Part shown: positions 61,401 to 64,000 of the stretch, piece after piece
Position numbering within the stretch: position 1 is the first letter of the stretch
Layout of the letters: each line of letters opens with the position of its first letter
Assembly: GCA_963767735.1 (NCBI GenBank)
Contig: CAVYES010000006.1
Span: forward strand, 448,001 to 512,000
Source of the DNA: Candidatus Bathyarchaeota archaeon
Lineage (GTDB): Archaea; Thermoproteota; Bathyarchaeia; Bathyarchaeales; Bathycorpusculaceae
Length of the DNA: 64,000 nucleotides
Direction: 5' to 3'
Translations under genes and position numbers: made by a program
Notes under the pieces: generated by a model
What the model was told of the DNA's origin: nothing
Databases searched by the model: none
What the model saw: the letters and a program-made list of their open reading frames with translations, nothing else

Positions 61401-63155
61401 CTCACTACTAGCGCAGTTTCTACAGTGATTACGGTCCAGCTAGAAGACTCGAATGGAAACCCAGTCACTGCAGGAACCGGGGGCGTCACCGTTAACTTAG
61501 GTACAAGTACGACCACTGGAACTTTCTGGAGCAATGCAGGCGGAACCACGAAGATCACTTCGGTTACGATTCCAAGCGGCTCAAGTTCTGCAAGTTTCTA
61601 CTACAGTGATACGGCCGCTGGACAAGCAACTCTTACAGCTTCATCGGGAACATTGACACCGGCAACCACTACATTCACTATCAACGGCGACAAGCTAGTT
61701 TTCACCACGGGAGCAACCCAGAGCTTGGCACCTGGTGAAACTTCAACAGAGATACAAATTACGCAGGAAACCGCGACTGGAGGCGCAGATTACAATTTAT
61801 TTACTTCCACCACGATACAATTGACTTCGAGTTCTTCCACTGGCAAATTCGTTAACTCAGCCGGCACCCAAATATACTCAATCACCGTCGGAGACCTGTC
61901 AGATACTTCAGGCACGTTCTACTACCTCGATAGTTCACCTGGAACACCAACGCTCACAGGTTACGCAGGAGGCTTCACTTCGGCAACCACAGTCTTCACT
62001 ATTTACTCACCTACTCTCAATCACTTCACCGTAACTTCCTCAGGTTACACCCAGGAGACAGGCACAGCCTTCACTATAACAATAACAGCCATAGATCAGA
62101 ACGGCAATACCTACACGGGCTACACAGGCACCGCCGACACCAACACTTTGACCGCGTCTTCAGGAACCATCAGCCCAACAAGTACCACAAATGGGTTTAC
62201 AAATGGTGTCTGGACAGGTTCAGTGACACTTTCTACCGCTGGCAGCATCACTATATCTACTTCGGGCGGAGGAGCAACAGGTACAAGCAACACATTCACA
62301 GTTTACACGCCGACTCTCACTAGTTTCAGCTTCAGCACTATTAGCGGTACTAAGACTGCCGGGACAACTTTCAGCATAACCATTACGGCTAAAGATCAAG
62401 ACGGAAACACAATGACAAGCTATGCTGGTTCAGCCACTTTGACAGAGACCGGTAGCGGTGCAGGCGGAACGGTCAGTCCATCATCGGTTACCTTCACTAA
62501 CGGCGTATATACTGGAAGTGTTTACGTGACTAAGGCAGGTTCAGGCGTTACTATTACTGCGACATCTGGCACAGCGACTACTTCGAGCGGCGCGTTCACA
62601 GTGAACATGGGTGCTGTTGTCAAAGTCACGGTTTCTCCTGCTACAGACTCGGTCACAGCAGGGAGCCAAGTAACCTACACTGCAACTGGTACTGACACTT
62701 ATGGAAACACTGGGAGCATTACAGACTCAGTCACATGGAGCATAAGCTCTGGAGCCGGCGGCTCATGGAGCACCAACGTTTACACCTCTAATACCGCTGG
62801 TACTTGGACAGTTACAGCCAATGCAGGCGGTGGCGTTACAGGCACAGCAACTTTAACCGTTACTGCAGGCGCCCTATCTCAATTCGTCTTCAGCCACATT
62901 GGCACTCAAACTTCCGGTACAGCCTTTAGCGTCACAATAACCGCAGAAGATCAATACGGCAACACAGTAAGCTACTCAGGAACCCAAACATTGCACGTTA
63001 GTTCTGGATCTGCAACTTTAACTCCCACAACCGTAACTTTCACCAACGGCGTAGCAACACCCTCAGTCACTATTACAGTTTCATCATCGCGCAGTCTCGA
63101 TCTATACATTACCTACAACGGAAATCAAAACACAAGCAATACATTCACAGTTTAA
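58425..63155 (+). CDS. Giant type IV pilin-adhesin (pilin domain plus multiple Ig-like repeats)
   Basis: SIKA/ISPIISVLL class III signal; many repeats such as (Q)TAGxAFxVTITAxDxxGN and GYxFSxW; no C-terminal TM. Confidence 0.9.
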   Translation: MRKITKLRHSIKAISPIISVLLLIAIAVVASLVVYAWVMGYIGGGTTKAGYAINIQSLSSATGSLTIYVQNTGIGAVQLNPTSAVYVNNTLETITSVTPTGDLANGIITIPQGQTAALVVPWASSGPVTIKVVTTSGTFMTTTGTSTAGGIFYSVSFSASGGGGSSTISPSGTASYTGAVPITATAGAGYTFSGWSATGSIIFGDASSASTTATVNGAGTVTASFTQTDYQVSFSTSGGGSGSTTSPSTTGSYTMGEPVMITATAGNGYKFSSWTATGSITFASSSSASTTATVNGAGSITADFVSLAASIKISPTTSTIPAGNTQGYTATAYDINGNSLGDITSSTTWSITSGAAGSWSGSTYTSANTGAWTVTATYSGLTATAQLTVYGTLASFSFGPINTQNAGSAFQVSITAQDANGNPVTNFVGSATLTDLSGSISPATTGPFTNGVWTGQVTITKAITNDLITATDSTIAGQSSLFTVNTGGATSFVVSGFTSPVTAGAAGSVTVTAMDAYGNVVTGYAGTVAITSSDSQAVLPPNAVLTNGIGSFSVTLKTAGSQSITATDTVTSSITGSQTAITVNAVTTPTSFVVSGFTSPVTAGAAGSVTVTAMDAYGNVVTGYAGTVAITSSDSQAVLPPNAVLTNGIGSFSVTLKTAGSQSITATDTVTSSITGSQTGITVNSGALASFTISTISNPQTAGTAFPITITAYDQYGNVETGYSGAAISDLSGSLTSTGSFTTGVWTGTVTITKAMANDVITVTDASSGTNVQSGAFTVTPGALASFTISTISNPQTAGTAFSVTITAYDQYNNVATNYAGPAVLSDVSGSLNPTTATFTAGIYTGSVKITTANANDVITVKDSSTGVTASSNQFNVVAGSVDHFVFNTISQQTAGTAFTVTITAKDSSGNTVMTYTGSATFTDVSGSISLKSTGVFTNGVLQASVAITKAYTSDVITATDITTGANGQSNTFNVVAAPATQLVYTAGTTQSLTTSAVSTVITVQLEDSNGNPVTAGTGGVTVNLGTSTTTGTFWSNAGGTTKITSVTIPSGSSSASFYYSDTAAGQATLTASSGTLTPATTTFTINGDKLVFTTGATQSLAPGETSTEIQITQETATGGADYNLFTSTTIQLTSSSSTGKFVNSAGTQIYSITVGDLSDTSGTFYYLDSSPGTPTLTGYAGGFTSATTVFTIYSPTLNHFTVTSSGYTQETGTAFTITITAIDQNGNTYTGYTGTADTNTLTASSGTISPTSTTNGFTNGVWTGSVTLSTAGSITISTSGGGATGTSNTFTVYTPTLTSFSFSTISGTKTAGTTFSITITAKDQDGNTMTSYAGSATLTETGSGAGGTVSPSSVTFTNGVYTGSVYVTKAGSGVTITATSGTATTSSGAFTVNMGAVVKVTVSPATDSVTAGSQVTYTATGTDTYGNTGSITDSVTWSISSGAGGSWSTNVYTSNTAGTWTVTANAGGGVTGTATLTVTAGALSQFVFSHIGTQTSGTAFSVTITAEDQYGNTVSYSGTQTLHVSSGSATLTPTTVTFTNGVATPSVTITVSSSRSLDLYITYNGNQNTSNTFTV
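59892..60476 (+). repeat. Near-identical tandem duplication, 300-bp period
   Basis: 59892-60176 vs 60192-60476, about 4 differences. Confidence 0.95.
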
Positions 63156-64000
63156 CCACCCACAGACTACCAACTTCCCTAATATCCCTAATTTTTTATT
63201 TTTTTGTGTTTAGAAATCATTTATTTTAAACGGTTTATTTTCTGACAAATTTACTTAGATTCTCTGCTTGAGCCCTAGTCTTTTTTCTATGAAACCTGCA
63301 GAGTCGAGATCACTTATCGATATTCTAATGGGTTGTTTTTTGAGCTTCAAATTACGTAAAGTTGGCATAGAATCCTGATCCTATCACACTTTATAGAAAC
63401 TTCAACAACATGTGATTTAGTTTCGCAGTTTCGCACCTAAGAATGCCTGTGCATCGCTGAGGCTAAAACTAAAGCGACCGCTGACTCTAAGGCCATTGCT
63501 TAACTGGTTTAAGTTTGGCTGCTTTGCTTTTGACTACTTTTCGGCTGAAAAATAGCCAGATAAGCGAAGGTTAGCTGTTGCTTTCTTTCTGAGTGAATGC
63601 GTTAAGTTGAGGTGGACAGTCAAAAGTGTTTTGTAAAGAATTGAAGCACTATCTGATCAGGCTATTCAAAAAGAAAAAGTGATAGAAGCTTTATTGCCTG
63701 AAAATTAGTCCAGCAAAGTCGATCTGAAATTCTTAAGTCATCGGATAAAGAAACTATGATTCTTTCCCGAAGGTCTGCCTGACGTAGCCAAATGGAACAA
63801 TGCCCTTTGAGTTTTTAAAAAGGTCAGCTTAGTAATCACAACTGATGCTTCAATTAAAATGCCCTTGATTCCGGCCCCTTTTTGCTGATTGAATAAGGAC
63901 ATTGATTAATCGAACCAGGAGCGTCCACGTTATAGTTTCCAAAATTTAAAAATTCCAATCGAATAAACAAATTTACACGAAACTTTGTAGTGTTTAATCC

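Noticed and set aside
58425-63155. Diversity-generating retroelement target
   Set aside because: No reverse transcriptase in the window, and the differences between repeats are not adenine-specific
63156-64000. Gene or RNA in the last 850 bp
   Set aside because: Only short stop-interrupted frames; possibly a decayed gene, but nothing recognisable

Overview
Archaeal chromosomal window, most consistent with Ca. Bathyarchaeia (an inference from gene content, not a database match). Housekeeping blocks are ABCE1, top6B/top6A, aIF5B, eno-rps2-MEMO, an Aeropyrum-type modified mevalonate/isoprenoid cluster (mvk, UbiD-like AMP decarboxylase, AcnX PMDh large and small subunits, ipk, fni, GGPPS) with gltX-srp19, rps8e, and smc-scpA-scpB. 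A ~9.8 kb accessory block splits the isoprenoid cluster. The right half holds an IS element, an ABC exporter, a RadA-like/small protein/PolB2 cassette and an ATPase gene bracketed by a perfect 35-bp repeat. It ends in a type IV pilus locus with a 1576-aa giant pilin that has the same N-terminal helix as the small pilin. Features missing from the ORF track include a fluoride riboswitch with an SD-sequestering hairpin, two divergent related RHH-type micro-genes, three candidate structured RNAs, and ACG codons recurring where ATG starts are expected (including scpA). At least seven single-base frameshifts suggest assembly indel errors, so any claim resting on one base needs read-level checking.
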